A stretch of DNA of 61,574 nucleotides, counting the filler, from Basidiobolus ranarum (lineage: Eukaryota): NCBI GenBank assembly GCA_040143965.1. It is 3 parts of 3 records of this genome, joined end to end, with 100 filler letters (N's around TTAATTAATTAA, not from the genome) between each part and the next. Parts side by side here need not be neighbours in the genome. Positions count along the whole stretch, not along the records: positions 20,606 to 41,098 come from JASJQH010007103.1; positions 41,199 to 61,574 come from JASJQH010007105.1; 1 more part is not named here. The stretch is one strand, 5' to 3'. The notes beneath the pieces were generated by a model. The model saw only the letters and a list, made by a program, of their open reading frames with translations, ran no database searches and had not been told where the DNA came from. The stretch's first letter is position 1, and every line of letters starts with the position of its first letter. Positions 38,131-51,018 of this stretch are shown piece by piece. The position numbers and the translations under genes are program-made.

Positions 38131-39621
38131 ACATTTAATGCTGATTGATTAGTGGGTCGGCCGTTGATTTAAACCGAGATGCTATACTATAATATCCCAC
38201 TTCAAAAGAAATAAACTTAACGGATGTCACTAACGAAAAGTGCCACGAATGACTGTCAGCATTTGACGTGCTAAGTCAAACTAGAATAGCTTGGAGTGCG
38301 TTGGAAGAAGTGGGCGATCATGGATGCTAATACTGTATCCAAAGTCAGATAGCGTTACTCTAAATCGAGTATTTAAACCAAGGAATTTCAATACTATCAC
38401 AACATGATGTGAACATGTCTTAGATCAATTGCCTCAAACACTGAGTGGGTTCTGAGTTTAATATCACTTACCTCACCACTCTACTATTACCAGGTGGTTA
38501 TTCGGTGGATTTCCTGCCAAGACCTTACTAGTTATTGCTGGCACAGGTCATACCATTATTTTGCGTATTGAAATGGATGATCCGTAGCTATTTTAGAAGT
38601 ATGTACAGTACAGTATGGAACTGAGTTACATGTGTATAAATGGTACTGTCGCATGATTACAATTGGGTATACTGCATGCTCCCATTTCAAAACTAGGCAT
38701 GATCCTCGCTTTTCAAAGTCCTAGAGAGAGTACATGTTGAAAGAAAACGAGTTCACATATACATTTGTCAGGATCTCCAGCGAGGTTATTAATGACTAGT
38801 GGAGATGGTGCTAGTAATTCATTGGTAAAGTAAAGCCTGCATAAACCTGTAGAACTTCATTTATTGCATGCAAGTTTGACGAACAAGATTACTATCCTCT
38901 CGATGGTTGTATTACTAAGGAGATATAACTAAGTGATTGGTGGAATCCTCTAGCCGGGCATTATCCGATGTTTGTTATTTGTGTTTCTTTATAAAATAAC
39001 CTTATCGGCTAGCATTGCTGCGCTACGGATATGCTTGGCATGGCAATATTCACTGACCCACTGCAGATAGTGCCCCAGTAACTTTCCAATAGAAGCCGAA
39101 TAAGTATCTGATTTCTTTATTAGAACACATGGGTTAGACTTCTATTCCTATATAACGAATGCTAATATGCACTAATTCTGAGCAAGTATGATTCGGCTAA
39201 ATCCTAGACTTGAGCACTATAATTTTTATACTGTCATCCTATTTTGGCTTTTTATTACTCTCCCCAATAGTTAGTAATATTTACCAGAAGTGGAAATATG
39301 AAATCATACACTTCCATACCCGGTCATGGTTATGATAATGACGACCAATCAGGGGGAATGGTTTACTTACCTAACTGCAAATCAGTTGTGGTAGAACATG
39401 CTCAATTGACATATGCTTAGAATATTAATATTCATATGCTCGATATATATTTCATGATTTATAATTAACATAGTACTTTACAAACAGATCTTTCAACATG
39501 GAGGAGATAGAGGATATATTTTAACAAATGGAGGATAAAATGCATGGATCAATGCTCAGTGAGGCATGCTATGCGTCCTGCAAACCAGGAAGATGCGATA
39601 GAATGGGTAAATGGGAGCGAG

Positions 39622-40920
39622 TTACATGGTATCTAAAGTGTGCTTCAAATTCTTGATAGCATCTATAGTACCTAGTACGCAACTGATCATACCAACAACT
39701 ACAATAATTGCGCATAAGATCAATTCGTACCAACGGACCTTTCTCCATCCGTAAAGCTTAAGATAAAAGACAACGGGGAACACAAAGATGATCTGAGTGT
39801 TCGTTAGTGCTCCAACCAGTGACATAAGGTCACCAAAAGCTGGCACAAACATTGATACCAGACAGAAAACAACCATCAACCCAGTTCTCAAAAGAGATCT
39901 GCTGACAATCTGCTTCTTTTTTGTCATATAGTTGTCGGTGATTCTAAGCCATTTCTCAACCTCGAGTGAAAAACTGATCAGTAAAATAGGTGCGGCAAAC
40001 ATGATATGGAATGTCATGGCAATCATAGCAGCAACAGTAACTCCAACAGTAAATCCAGTGGAGTTCTCAAGAAGACTGACAAAAATAGGAGATTGTACCG
40101 AGTCACCATAGACAAGATAACCGAATACACCAGCCAGAGTGTACAGAATCAACGCGGTGCCCATGGCACATGCGAGGACTTTGGTCCATGATTTTGGATG
40201 CTTCATTGTTTTTTCAACAGCAGGAAATACTGGGCTTCCACCGAATGATAAACTGATGGAAGCGAGGGCGATGGGTAGGCCTGAAGGCTTGACAAACGAA
40301 TGAGTCTGGGCCTTGCTCTCAGCCTTGCCTAAATCGACAACACCCACAATGATAATTACAACGACTGTAAAAACTGTGGCCAAAGTACCAAACAGAGCGA
40401 GGATTTCTACTTCCTTCATAGCCTTGAAGGATACAAATGGGATCCAGATAACAACAGCGGCAATAATGGTCCAAATCTTCAGGTTGATTGTGACATCAAT
40501 AAGCTCGAAGAGTTCAGATAAATTCTTACTAATCAAAATGATAAAGATACAAGCAACTCCAAAGTAGAAACATAGTAGGAAAAATTCCACCATATATCTT
40601 CCAAATTTTCCGAAAGCTGCGTCACCAACGGCGGCATAACCTTGTAGTCTGTTTTTTCCATCAAAGTACAAGCATTTGATAAGGAGGTGTCCAGTGTAGA
40701 TACATAGAAGGCAACTAAATACGGTGATAATGACACCAAACCAGCCAGCTTCTTTGAAGGCCGCGGCCATCTGAAGTACCCCCATTCCGGCAATGACACA
40801 TACTATGTTAAAGTATGCTCCAAATGATGAACTGTTTCTTCCATCCTCAGCTCCTTCGTTTGGACCATAAGCTATCTCGGGATCTGTATAAGCAACAGAT
40901 TTCTCATCATTTTTAGACAT
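39622..40920 (-). CDS. Amino acid transporter, AAAP/Aa_trans (Avt-like) family
   Basis: SSFGAYFNIVCVIAGMGVL, SFGGSPVFPAVEKTMKHPK, PAFGDLMSLVGA; about 11 TM helices. Confidence 0.92.
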   Translation of the reverse strand: MSKNDEKSVAYTDPEIAYGPNEGAEDGRNSSSFGAYFNIVCVIAGMGVLQMAAAFKEAGWFGVIITVFSCLLCIYTGHLLIKCLYFDGKNRLQGYAAVGDAAFGKFGRYMVEFFLLCFYFGVACIFIILISKNLSELFELIDVTINLKIWTIIAAVVIWIPFVSFKAMKEVEILALFGTLATVFTVVVIIIVGVVDLGKAESKAQTHSFVKPSGLPIALASISLSFGGSPVFPAVEKTMKHPKSWTKVLACAMGTALILYTLAGVFGYLVYGDSVQSPIFVSLLENSTGFTVGVTVAAMIAMTFHIMFAAPILLISFSLEVEKWLRITDNYMTKKKQIVSRSLLRTGLMVVFCLVSMFVPAFGDLMSLVGALTNTQIIFVFPVVFYLKLYGWRKVRWYELILCAIIVVVGMISCVLGTIDAIKNLKHTLDTM

Positions 40921-41098
40921 GATTTTCTTAAGATATTTCTAGGGTATAGGTTGCCTTCACCAGAGGTATTGAAAAGAATAAAGGACGAAGTAAGATTTAG
41001 AGCTTGTAAGGCAAATCCCTTTTAGAAAGAAAATCAAGCAAAATTAACAAGCCGGGAATAATGATAAGTGTTGGGATGACGGGGAGGCTTTATAGTTT

Positions 41099-41198
41099 NN
41101 NNNNNNNNNNNNNNNNNNNNNNNNNNNNNNNNNNNNNNNNNNTTAATTAATTAANNNNNNNNNNNNNNNNNNNNNNNNNNNNNNNNNNNNNNNNNNNN
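41099..41198. other. Assembly gap with artificial TTAATTAATTAA linker
   Basis: N44-TTAATTAATTAA-N44. Confidence 0.95.
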
Positions 41199-41341
41199 CA
41201 AGTTATCAAAATCTATATATCTTCAAACATCTAAGTAAATTCCTCATGAGAATGATGGGTAATATCTTAGTTCAATATAAGACAACTAAATACTAAGCTA
41301 TATATGACTATATAGGTGTTTAGGCAATGATAATTTCAACA
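41199..41341 (+). mobile_element. Solo-LTR-like repeat, copy 4 (3' part; 5' part in gap)
   Basis: Matches the 3' third of copy 3 and ends TAATTTCAACA. Confidence 0.75.
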
Positions 41342-41826
41342 CTTGCTGACCAGCTTGAACTCGATATCCATTATATTTGCACAAATAGAGTAACAGCCAA
41401 CATATGAATATGGTTTTTACGAGGATATTGTGAATTACTAATATTCTATAGAGCAACTGAATTGGATGTCCATTTTGTTAAAGTATATTAAGCCTGTACA
41501 TGGTAAGTGATGTTGGACTCATTCTGGTTTGACTGCATTTAGCCCTCTTAATACTCAAGTGACGAAATTTACAATTGAACACAATTTTGCAATTATTCCG
41601 AAGATGCACTTTCGAGCAATAATATGGAGTGCAGTCATCAACAATTGAAATACAGTTGATACACTGATGTGATAGAATTTGTGAAATGTTTGCCATTGAT
41701 TAAATATTTATTCTGGTTGTACGAACCCCCAGCCTTTATTAAATAGATGGATAAAAGTAAAATACAGATTTAAATTGGCAATACATTCCATGACTAGGTA
41801 CTGTAGATTTTACAAACAAGCTTGGA

Positions 41827-42678
41827 TCACTTCATATCAAAAAGGAGGAATTCTGCTGGACTCTCTCCAATAGAAGTAACAGTCAACTGATCGTCTTTAC
41901 CTGGCTCAGTAATAAAGGCACCATCCCCACTATTCAAGCGAACGCCATTCACTTCCAGTTGACCCCCAGTATTGATGAGATGAATATATAGCTTACGGCC
42001 CGAGTCGCTAATCTTGTGAACTACTTGATTTCCTTTCTTGAGAACAGAAGCATACATCCAAAGGTCAGTATGGCAATTGATAGCTTTCTCACTAGCCTGT
42101 CCAATGGGCTTTATAATTAAGCATAGTTTGTTATTTTTATCTTCTTCCGTCCACTCCATGGTTTGATACTTGGGGGGGAGTCTACTTTGATCTGGTTTGG
42201 CCCAGATTTGAAGGAAGTGTACTGGGTTCTTGGGATGTGCGTTGAATTCAGAATGAGTGACACCAGTACCCGCAGTAGTAAATTGAACTTGCCCACGTTT
42301 GATGGTTTCATGAGTTCCGGTGCCTAAAGAGTGGACTGAGTTAATATTAGATCCAAAGAGGTGATTTACTCAAGAACTTACTGTCTTTATGCATCAATTC
42401 ACCCGAAACTACATAGGACCATATTTCGAATTCTTTATGGGGATGTGTTGGAAAGCCAGTGCCTAAAAATGCCCACTTTAATACATGTCCTATCACTAGT
42501 AGTGATCGGAATACTTACCTCCCTGGACGACATCCTCGTTGATCACCCTTAAAGGGCCGAATTGCTCAAAACGACGATCCCAATAGCTGGCAAAACTAAA
42601 TGTATGGTATGAATTTAACCAGCCGTGGTTAGCATGACCGCGCTCTTCGCTACGTCTAGGTGTGATTTTGATTGCCAT
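41827..42678 (-). CDS. Pirin-like cupin (YhhW/quercetinase family), multi-exon
   Basis: [64 protein letters not shown]. Confidence 0.9.
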
Positions 42679-43582
42679 TTTATGTGATAGTTAGTTTGGT
42701 ATTGCTCCGCTCCCATCCATTTATACTTGTGTGTTGGCTCAAAATTACCAAGGAAAATCCCTTATATGGAATAATAATCCGGGAGGATGGAATTAATCCG
42801 AGATATTATTCATGTTACGGATAAATTTAGATTTGTCAGTTCAAAGTAAAACTGCTGATTCAATGGTAATTTGAATTTCGCATGTTTGAGCTGTTAAACA
42901 TGGAGAATTTTCGTAGTTGATTCGATATATGGTGATTTGCTGGACCCTTGTTGCTATGCTAGCGTGTTCACATAACTTACCGCAGTATTCATAACGAAGG
43001 AGCCTAGCGTACCTGATTATGGATTGTAGTATCAGTTACTTCACAGAAGTGCCAATAATCAGCGGGTATGTATTGTCAAGCTTTGTAATGATTATGCACC
43101 ACTCATGTATGATGCAAAGAAGTCTTTACCAGTTCAGGGCTGTTGAGGAGCTGAAAGTAGAGTATCATACTCAGAGTGATAGTCTCGGCAGTAGTGATGG
43201 TGATAGGTGAATACGAGAAACGACTATTTCCTTCAAACGTTGATTCTCTATATGTATCACAATTGATCTAAATTCTGAAGAAATATGTCAACTTCTTGAA
43301 TAAAACACAAACTTGATGCTATACAGCAAAGCGTAAGTAAGGCAGGAATTCATCACATGACGGAGTATCGTATGTATGATTAATTCCATGACATGGTTTC
43401 GTTATTCCATTGCCTTTGGTCCCCTTTCATGATTTGTTACATGTTTTTAACAAATTAACTGATGTTTGACGAGATCAAGAGCGGTGACCAATGGAATTCC
43501 GAACTCGGACCGCTCGGCTGGACAGATAAACGACCTATTTAAAGGAAGCTACCTCGTAAACAAAAATACAAAATCTCCCACT

Positions 43583-44675
43583 ATGGATCCGCTTGTTCCT
43601 GCTACTTATAATCACCGATACGATACAATCAATGGGATAAGATATCGTAATGCTATCCGTTGATAAGCCAATACTAGAAATTGTACTCATTTTTAACTTT
43701 AGATTACGTGGACGAGGGCCCGAAAGATGGACTTACAGTCGTGTTACTTCATGGATTTCCAGATGTAAGTGACTCCTTTCTGTCTTTATCCGACATACGT
43801 ATACTTATTTATGACCACAGCTCTGGTACGGATGGAGATATCAGATTAAATTTCTGGCGGAGCGTGGATATCGTGTAATTTGCCCTGACCTGCGTGGTTA
43901 TGGTGAGACAGATTCCCCTCATTGCCCACCTAATGATATTCGAACTTATGGCGCAAAGAGTGTGTCGAGCGATGTAATTGAAATCCTCAACAGGAACAGC
44001 ATCAACCGATTTGTTCTCATTGGGCATGATTGGGGAGGCTTTCTGGTGTGGAGAGTCTATTTACATTATCCCGAACGAGTAATGGGTATTGTGAGTTTTT
44101 GCACTCCTTATGCTCCACCGAAAGAAGAGTACATCTCTCATGAAGAAATAGTCGAGAGGTTACCAAGTTTCTCTTATCAATTGATGTTCAGAGAACCTGA
44201 GGCCGACAAGTACTGTGATGACAACGTTGAGCTAGTATTTCGTTCTCTATTCAAATGTAACAGGCCTGAAGATGACGTGATTGGCTTCCTAAAGCACTTC
44301 CATTTTGTACCACAAAATGCTGACATTCCACAACCTGCTGCAGAAAATATCTTGTCGCCAAAAGAGTTGCAGTATTATGTCGAAAAATATACTCAGCGCA
44401 AATTCCATGGTGGATTAAATTGGTACCGCACTAACAAAGTAAACTGGGAGGATGAAAGGGGTTTGTCTACTACTATCAGCGTTCCCTCTATGATGGTTAC
44501 TGCAGGCCGTGATACAGTGCTACATAGGAGACTAGCTGATCATATGCCTCAGATTATCCCAAACTTACGAATGGAGCATATTGAGGATAGCTCTCATTGG
44601 ATTCTTGTCGAGCAAACGGCCACTTGTAATCAGTATATCGCCAAATTTCTGAGTAACTTGACAAGTAAATTGTAA
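43583..44675 (+). CDS. Soluble epoxide hydrolase (alpha/beta hydrolase) with PTS1
   Basis: LLHGFPD, PDLRGYG, IGHDWGG, GGLNWYR, SSHWIL; C-terminal SKL*; two introns near the 5' end. Confidence 0.9.
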
Positions 44676-45874
44676 GATGACATCTCAAAAGTCAAATCAA
44701 CATCCAGTTGAAATATTTACTTGACACGAACCAATACATCCGTCTATCGCATTCCGTTTATTTAATAAAATAGCTTTGCGAAATCTTCTACTATTTTGGC
44801 CGACTCTTCAAGTGTATGAGGGTAGGTAGAAATGGTAAGTAATACTCCGAACGGTAAATTATGAATGATTAAAGCGCGGTCAGCTCCAGCAGTAATTGCA
44901 TATATACTTTGAATAAATGTTATAAAACCTAACCACAAGAAGTTTCAAAAGTGATCAAATTACCTGGATAAAGTCTTTTTAATAATCTTGAATGTAGACA
45001 AATCACCCAGTGAGAGCGAGGTTTCTGTAGAGAAGTTAAAGTTTAGTATAAACTATTTCTTGTCAAAATATTGTGAAAAAATCTGGTTATATACCTTGTA
45101 ACTCTTCAGTATCGAACAAATGTATAAGTTTGATAAGGGTAATCTTTGGTGTCTTGGATAAAAGTTAGCTTTTGTCTGTATTACGTGTAAAGATGCTGTG
45201 TTATTTTTGATTTCTACCTTGGCTGTTATTCCTTTGAGTGTTCCAACCTCACAAACACTTTGTGCATGATTGTGTGTTAATAACACCACGCCATCTACAA
45301 CTTTGGTATCCAGTAATCTCTCTAATAAGATCATAGGATGAAAGAAAGTCAGTTGACAACACGATTGCTATTATAAATGAATTCGACAACTGCCTAAAAA
45401 TTGAAAGTATAATGCTCGCCTTGGATTAACTGCTCTAAAGTCTCTACTGATTTCATTTTACCAGACTATTGTAATCTAACGGATATTAAAAATTGTCGAC
45501 AGTGATAAACTCCGAATATTGAACTTCGCTAATACAAAATACAGGCTGATGACTCCTAAATCACATCAAAATTTCACCCAAATCGTATGATCTTTCACCA
45601 TGGATTCTGAATCTGCACCCAACGAAGCTTGGTATCAAGATAAGCACTACAATGAATTAAATTGGTTTCCAATACCCATGACTCTAGCTTTATTAATCCT
45701 AAGTTAAGGGATCCTTTTATCACTATGGGGCTTATAATATAAAATAACCGTTTCAATCCTTCCGCCAATATTCAGCACTCTTCTAATATTTTGAAGCAGA
45801 AAAATGGGAGAACAGAGCAAATTGAAATAGATCTACAGCATTGAATTATGAGATGATTAGTATTAACTGAGCCC

Positions 45875-46948
45875 TCAAGAGTTATCTTCACTCAGCTCCT
45901 TGTGAGCTAAATCTATTAAGGGGACAAGATTCTTGAACGGATATGCTTTCGTATCGTTTCTTCCTAGTGTCCCTAGCCCCCAGTTATCTTCGATGGTTCT
46001 CAGTAAACTATAGTGATCGTATCGAGTAGAGTCAATCCCACTAGGAAGTTGCTTAACGCCTTTACCAAGTAGCACTGTGAATACTCTATTGTCGGGATCA
46101 TCACTAGAGTTAAAGCTTTCTCGTTCATCAAAGGTGATTACTACGAGCATCTCGTCCATAAATTCAGCGTTTGCTAGTTTTGGCTCAATAAACTTCTTCA
46201 ACCAATTCGCTGCAAATGGAATATCCGTGTCGTGTGCATCATTCAAAATATTTGGTGTGAAGTACACTAAATGAGGCAAGGTGTCCATACGAATATCTTT
46301 ATCAAGCTCTGAGGCGTCTACGATTTTTGCACATCGTTCCGGACGATTTCTTTCATTCGAAAAAGAGTTAAAATCAGAGGCATCGTTGATAGTTATATAC
46401 ATATATTACCTCACGTTTTCCATAGTAATAAAAGGATTATGCTTCTCAAAGTACAGATCTGTATTACCAGTAAAGCAATTTCCTGGATAATTCTCCTGAT
46501 ACGATTTCCAAGACAAATTCTTTGCCTCCATAAGATCCACCAGGTTGTTCCCAGCAAAACTATATTGCATTGGCAAAATTTGATTAGCTTAGATATACAA
46601 TACTTGAGGCGAAAAGGCTGCTCACGTTTTAGGGCCGTCGTCGTCAAGGTCTTCATATGATCCATATACCTGTGCAATGTAATTGCCTTTGGATGGATGT
46701 GTCACACCGTAAAAGCTTGTAAGCAAGAGGCCCCTTTTCGCAATATCAGTGAAGTATTGATTTTTGGCTGCCACATCGAAATCGGTGTTCTCAAACATTA
46801 CTACCATTATACGGTTGAACCATTTTCCGTCAGGTGGAAGAGTGCTATTAGAGTGTACTTGAGTAGCATTATTGGGAGACGAGAGTACAGTGAGAGGAAT
46901 CCCTGTTGAAAGCCAAGCCAATAATATACTAAGACGATTAGTGAACAT
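45875..46948 (-). CDS. Secreted phosphoesterase-family acid phosphatase
   Basis: Signal peptide; FNRIMVVMFEN, VTHPSKGNYIA, KHNPF, TPNILNDAHDT, ITFDE, YDHYSLLRTIEDNWGLG; two introns. Confidence 0.9.
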
Positions 46949-48039
46949 GATTTAGCTTTACAACAAAGGAATCTTCTCAGTGCTAAGGAAGAATCAAGGC
47001 AGGCGACCGCCTGTTATCAAGATCAACGCTTCCTGCCTCTGTTTGCGAAACGAAAAGTTTACCCGAAACCAATATTCTACGCAACACTGGCGATCGGTCG
47101 TATTCGCGTAATAACATTTGTCAAACAAGATTAGCAACCATTGTTAAATGGGCCTTAATGCATCGTAGTTTAAATCGTGAGGATTAAGTCTCATTCCCGG
47201 AAACTAGCATTCAAACAAGAGCTAAGGGTATTACTTTCTATTACCGTGTAGTGGAAGTCAGCTCATACAATAATAGCTAGACAGATCGTTTGATCGCTAG
47301 AATTGTGAAGCATCGTTACCGCCAACCAAAGACTGCACTGAGGCCGTAGCAAATCCACTCAAACGCAATTACGCCACAGTGGTCTTCAGTTATGTTAGAT
47401 AATAAGAAGAAGAATAATAAATTCATATCGAACTCAAAGTCTGGCTTTGATTGCATTGCATTAGAAATCCCTTGAAATCAGAACAGACTCATTCCTAGTT
47501 GATTAATAAAAATGATGGTAAATTCCAGATACCCAGTAATAGCTATGCTTCTAAAGCAAACATGCTTTATTTGCATGTAAAAGTTACTCTGGCATCGCGA
47601 AACTCTGCTTCTAACACGATACCATGTAGGCCTCAAACCACTGATCACGATAAACGCAGAGCTTGTTTGTTTCAACTCTGATGTTCACTTTTATAACGTC
47701 TACTAGTTGAAAGACGCCACATCAACGTAAGTTGAGTTTTAGATCTAATCATTGACATCCGCGAGATGCTCTACACATGGACACTTCCTGATTGTGCATT
47801 CCTGATGGACTGACGGCTTGAACACGCATATATCAGTAAGATACAAGCACGCAGTAGCAAGCCACATAGAAACAAACCTATAGCCAAGTCACTGGTACAT
47901 CAGAACAAGGATGTACGCTGTACCATAACTTTGCGATTAATCTGTACCAACACGACAACAGAACCCTATGGGATGAATTTAGCCGAGTATTAAAGATTAA
48001 CCCGTGTTTTGAAATGAGCCCACACTGTTTAACCTCCGC

Positions 48040-48430
48040 GACTGAGGTATTCTTGGAATCAATTTGATAAGCAAGTACACCCGCATTACCTTTGCACAAT
48101 ACACAAACTGTTACACTATGTAGTCATTTGGGGCCAAAAATCATTTAATGTCAACAGTGATCTGCTTTGCGCCATGAATATGGAGTCCAGCCCACATTGC
48201 ACCGACAAATACACAACAAAGTGGGTCACCGGTGGAATTTGTATCTGACGTCGCATCAAAAAGCCTATTAATAGCCTTGTGCAATTTTATATATAAACCA
48301 AATGTTGTGCAAATCTCGTCGCAATCTGTAGGTGATCGGGGAAATTCCGCCCCCGCCCCAGGTAGCAGTCAATCGGAGCCAGTGGTGCTTGGTGCCTGTG
48401 GCAACAATCCATCCGTGTAGGAGTACAATC
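48040..48430 (-). mobile_element. Degenerate RNase H relic (retroelement-derived)
   Basis: YSYTDGLL...PGAGAEF and CKGNAGVLAYQIDS resemble RNase H YTDGS..GAG and KGHAG..NE.AD motifs; stops and frameshifts present. Confidence 0.35.
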
Positions 48431-49444
48431 CTACAAAGACAGGTATTACTGTCATATTCACATGGCTGCATTGCCGGCAATTATGATGTTGTACTGGGTA
48501 TCACGTCACATGAACAGAGTTGTGATGTACTTCAATGAATCCGCTACAAAATATTCCACTGCATTGGTGCTAGAGACATAATAACCAATAATGGAGGACT
48601 ACGCTTCGAGGTCAGGAGTATAATTGCTGATTCGAAATTCACAAATAATATAGAAATCATCGGCTGATCAAAAAAGATATTTACCATTAATTTCGAACGA
48701 TATTACAAGGGCTCATTTCCAATTATAGCAAATAATTATCTTCATTTTCCTACTTAACACGAGTCTTCGATATCGATGGGCTGCTACTGAGTATATAACT
48801 GGTCGAAACATCTATAAGTTACTCCGATTAGCTGATATAATGTCGTACCAATCGTTGCTTCGAAACATAGTTCATTCTGGTTTTGTAGAATAGAGTTCCA
48901 AGGCAGTATTGAACTTTACCTAAAGACTCGAGCTTATAATTAGATTCGGTTTACCCATATTGATATAGTTCACTACATCTTTGGGAGAGGCGACTTTCTT
49001 ACCAATTCATTTAGCATCGCCGTGACAAAAGCTCAATATTGTCTAAATCCCTCATAACAATTCGGAGACTATTAGTAAAACTTATTGTGAGCATAGAGTA
49101 TTGAAATATACACTTATAATATAGAACGCGTTCAAGGTTTCATTGCAACTTCCTTAGCTATAGATCGCTCTAATTCCCTTCAAGTGGTATTTGTTTTTCT
49201 TTTTGCATGCACAGCAACTGAGCCCAAATTTGACTCAATTTTACTTGGTAAAATCTTGGTTAGATAGAAAAGAAAATTTGTATTTCGACAGCAGCATTTT
49301 GTATTTCCCAGTAAGGATGCCTTTTTTATTACAGTTATTAGTTGGAAAATACCTCTAGAAATATCTCTTTTCTTCGATCTATCTAATATTCATATTTCTA
49401 GATTATTGTTTCAAGTGTCGTAAACACTTCAGTTAATTTTACAC

Positions 49445-51018
49445 ATGGTAACCTCATATACTTTCGTTTTATAGCAAATAACAAGTTGATATTCACCTTT
49501 TGTATTTTCAGTCCCAACGTCCTTCTAGTCATGGCTCGACAGCATCTGGTTCTATCTCCGCTAGTATTCCTGCAATTGTAAAAGCCAAGCAATTTGCTCG
49601 TCAGTCCGTGCCAGCCCAGGTATCTAGCAACTCTGAAGCATATCATCGTCGGAGAGCTTCATGGCGTGGCTCTGCAAACTCTGAGCGAAAATTTGCTCTT
49701 GATATGGAACCTTCAGCCCCTGACGTTCCTCCAGCACCAGCTCCAGCTATGTATTGGTCTAAGGCCCCTATATATGGTCATTCACCCCCCAAATCTCTTC
49801 GTGCTCATAGTGTTAACTTGGTTGGGGAGTTGATATACATTTTTGGTGGTTGTGATGAGCGAACATGCTATAATGACCTGTACATCTTTGATGCTGGTAA
49901 GAGAAGTTGAAATATATTATCGATTTTTCGTCTCTGACATGACTTTCAATTATAGAAACTATGTATTGGTCGAGTCCTCAAACAAATGGGGAGCCGCCAG
50001 CTCCATGCAGAGCTCACACCTCCACATTGGTGGATAACAAACTGTTTATCTTCGGTGGTGGCGATGGACCCAACTATTTTAATGAACTTTATGTTCTTGA
50101 TATAGGTATTGGTTGTCTTTATTAATCTTGTTAATGTACTCGTAGCTAAATACAAAGTTCCATTATATTAGATACACTAACTTGGTCAAAGCCAAAGGTT
50201 TATGGCGAAATCCCTGGTCCTCGTCGAGCACATACAGCCTGTCATTACGGAAAATATATGTATCTATTTGGTGGAGGAGATGGACTTCGTGCTTTAAATG
50301 ACGTTTTTCGTTTAGACATATGTACGTTATCCTGGCTTAACAATACAGAATATTAGATTGACTAATAATAATACCTTCAATCAGCGGATTTATGCAAGCT
50401 TACCTGGCATTCAGTCGAAGTTAAAGGTAAGCCACCGATTCCCAGGGGCTATCACACCAGTACGCTTGTCGAAAATAAGCTCTTGGTCTATGGTGGCTCA
50501 GATGGTCATGAATGTTTTAGTGAAGCTCATGTTTTAAATCTCGGTAAGTTACTTGATGCTAGTTTGGCGTATTAGTTTCGTAAATGGCTAAAATCGAACT
50601 TTATTTAAGACACGCATACATGGGAGAGAGTAAGATTAAGTGAACGAGTCCCTAGACTTTCTCATACAGCTACCCAAGTTGGCTCGTATATATTCGTTAT
50701 CGGAGGACATGATGGAGACAAATACGTCCAGAACGTACTTTTGTTGAACTTGGGTTTGTAGTTATTTTCTTTCAAGCTCCGTCATCACCGTTTTTAATTA
50801 TCCATTGTCGTTTAGTTACTATGAACTGGGAAACCAGGAAAATCTATGGAGTGCCACCTACAGGTAGAGGCTATCACACTGCAGTTTTGTATGACTCTAG
50901 ACTATTTGTATATGGTGGTTACGATGGCCAACGTGTATTTGACGAAGTTTACATCTTGGATTTGAGCGCCTGTGCCTATTTACCCCAGGTCACTAACTTT
51001 GAACTAGGTTCATACTGA
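49445..51018 (+). CDS. Kelch-repeat beta-propeller protein, multi-exon
   Basis: Six repeats of the type LRAHSVNLVGELIYIFGG / CRAHTSTLVDNKLFIFGGG / RGYHTAVLYDSRLFVYGG. Likely ATG at 49445 followed by an intron at 49448-49511. Confidence 0.88.
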
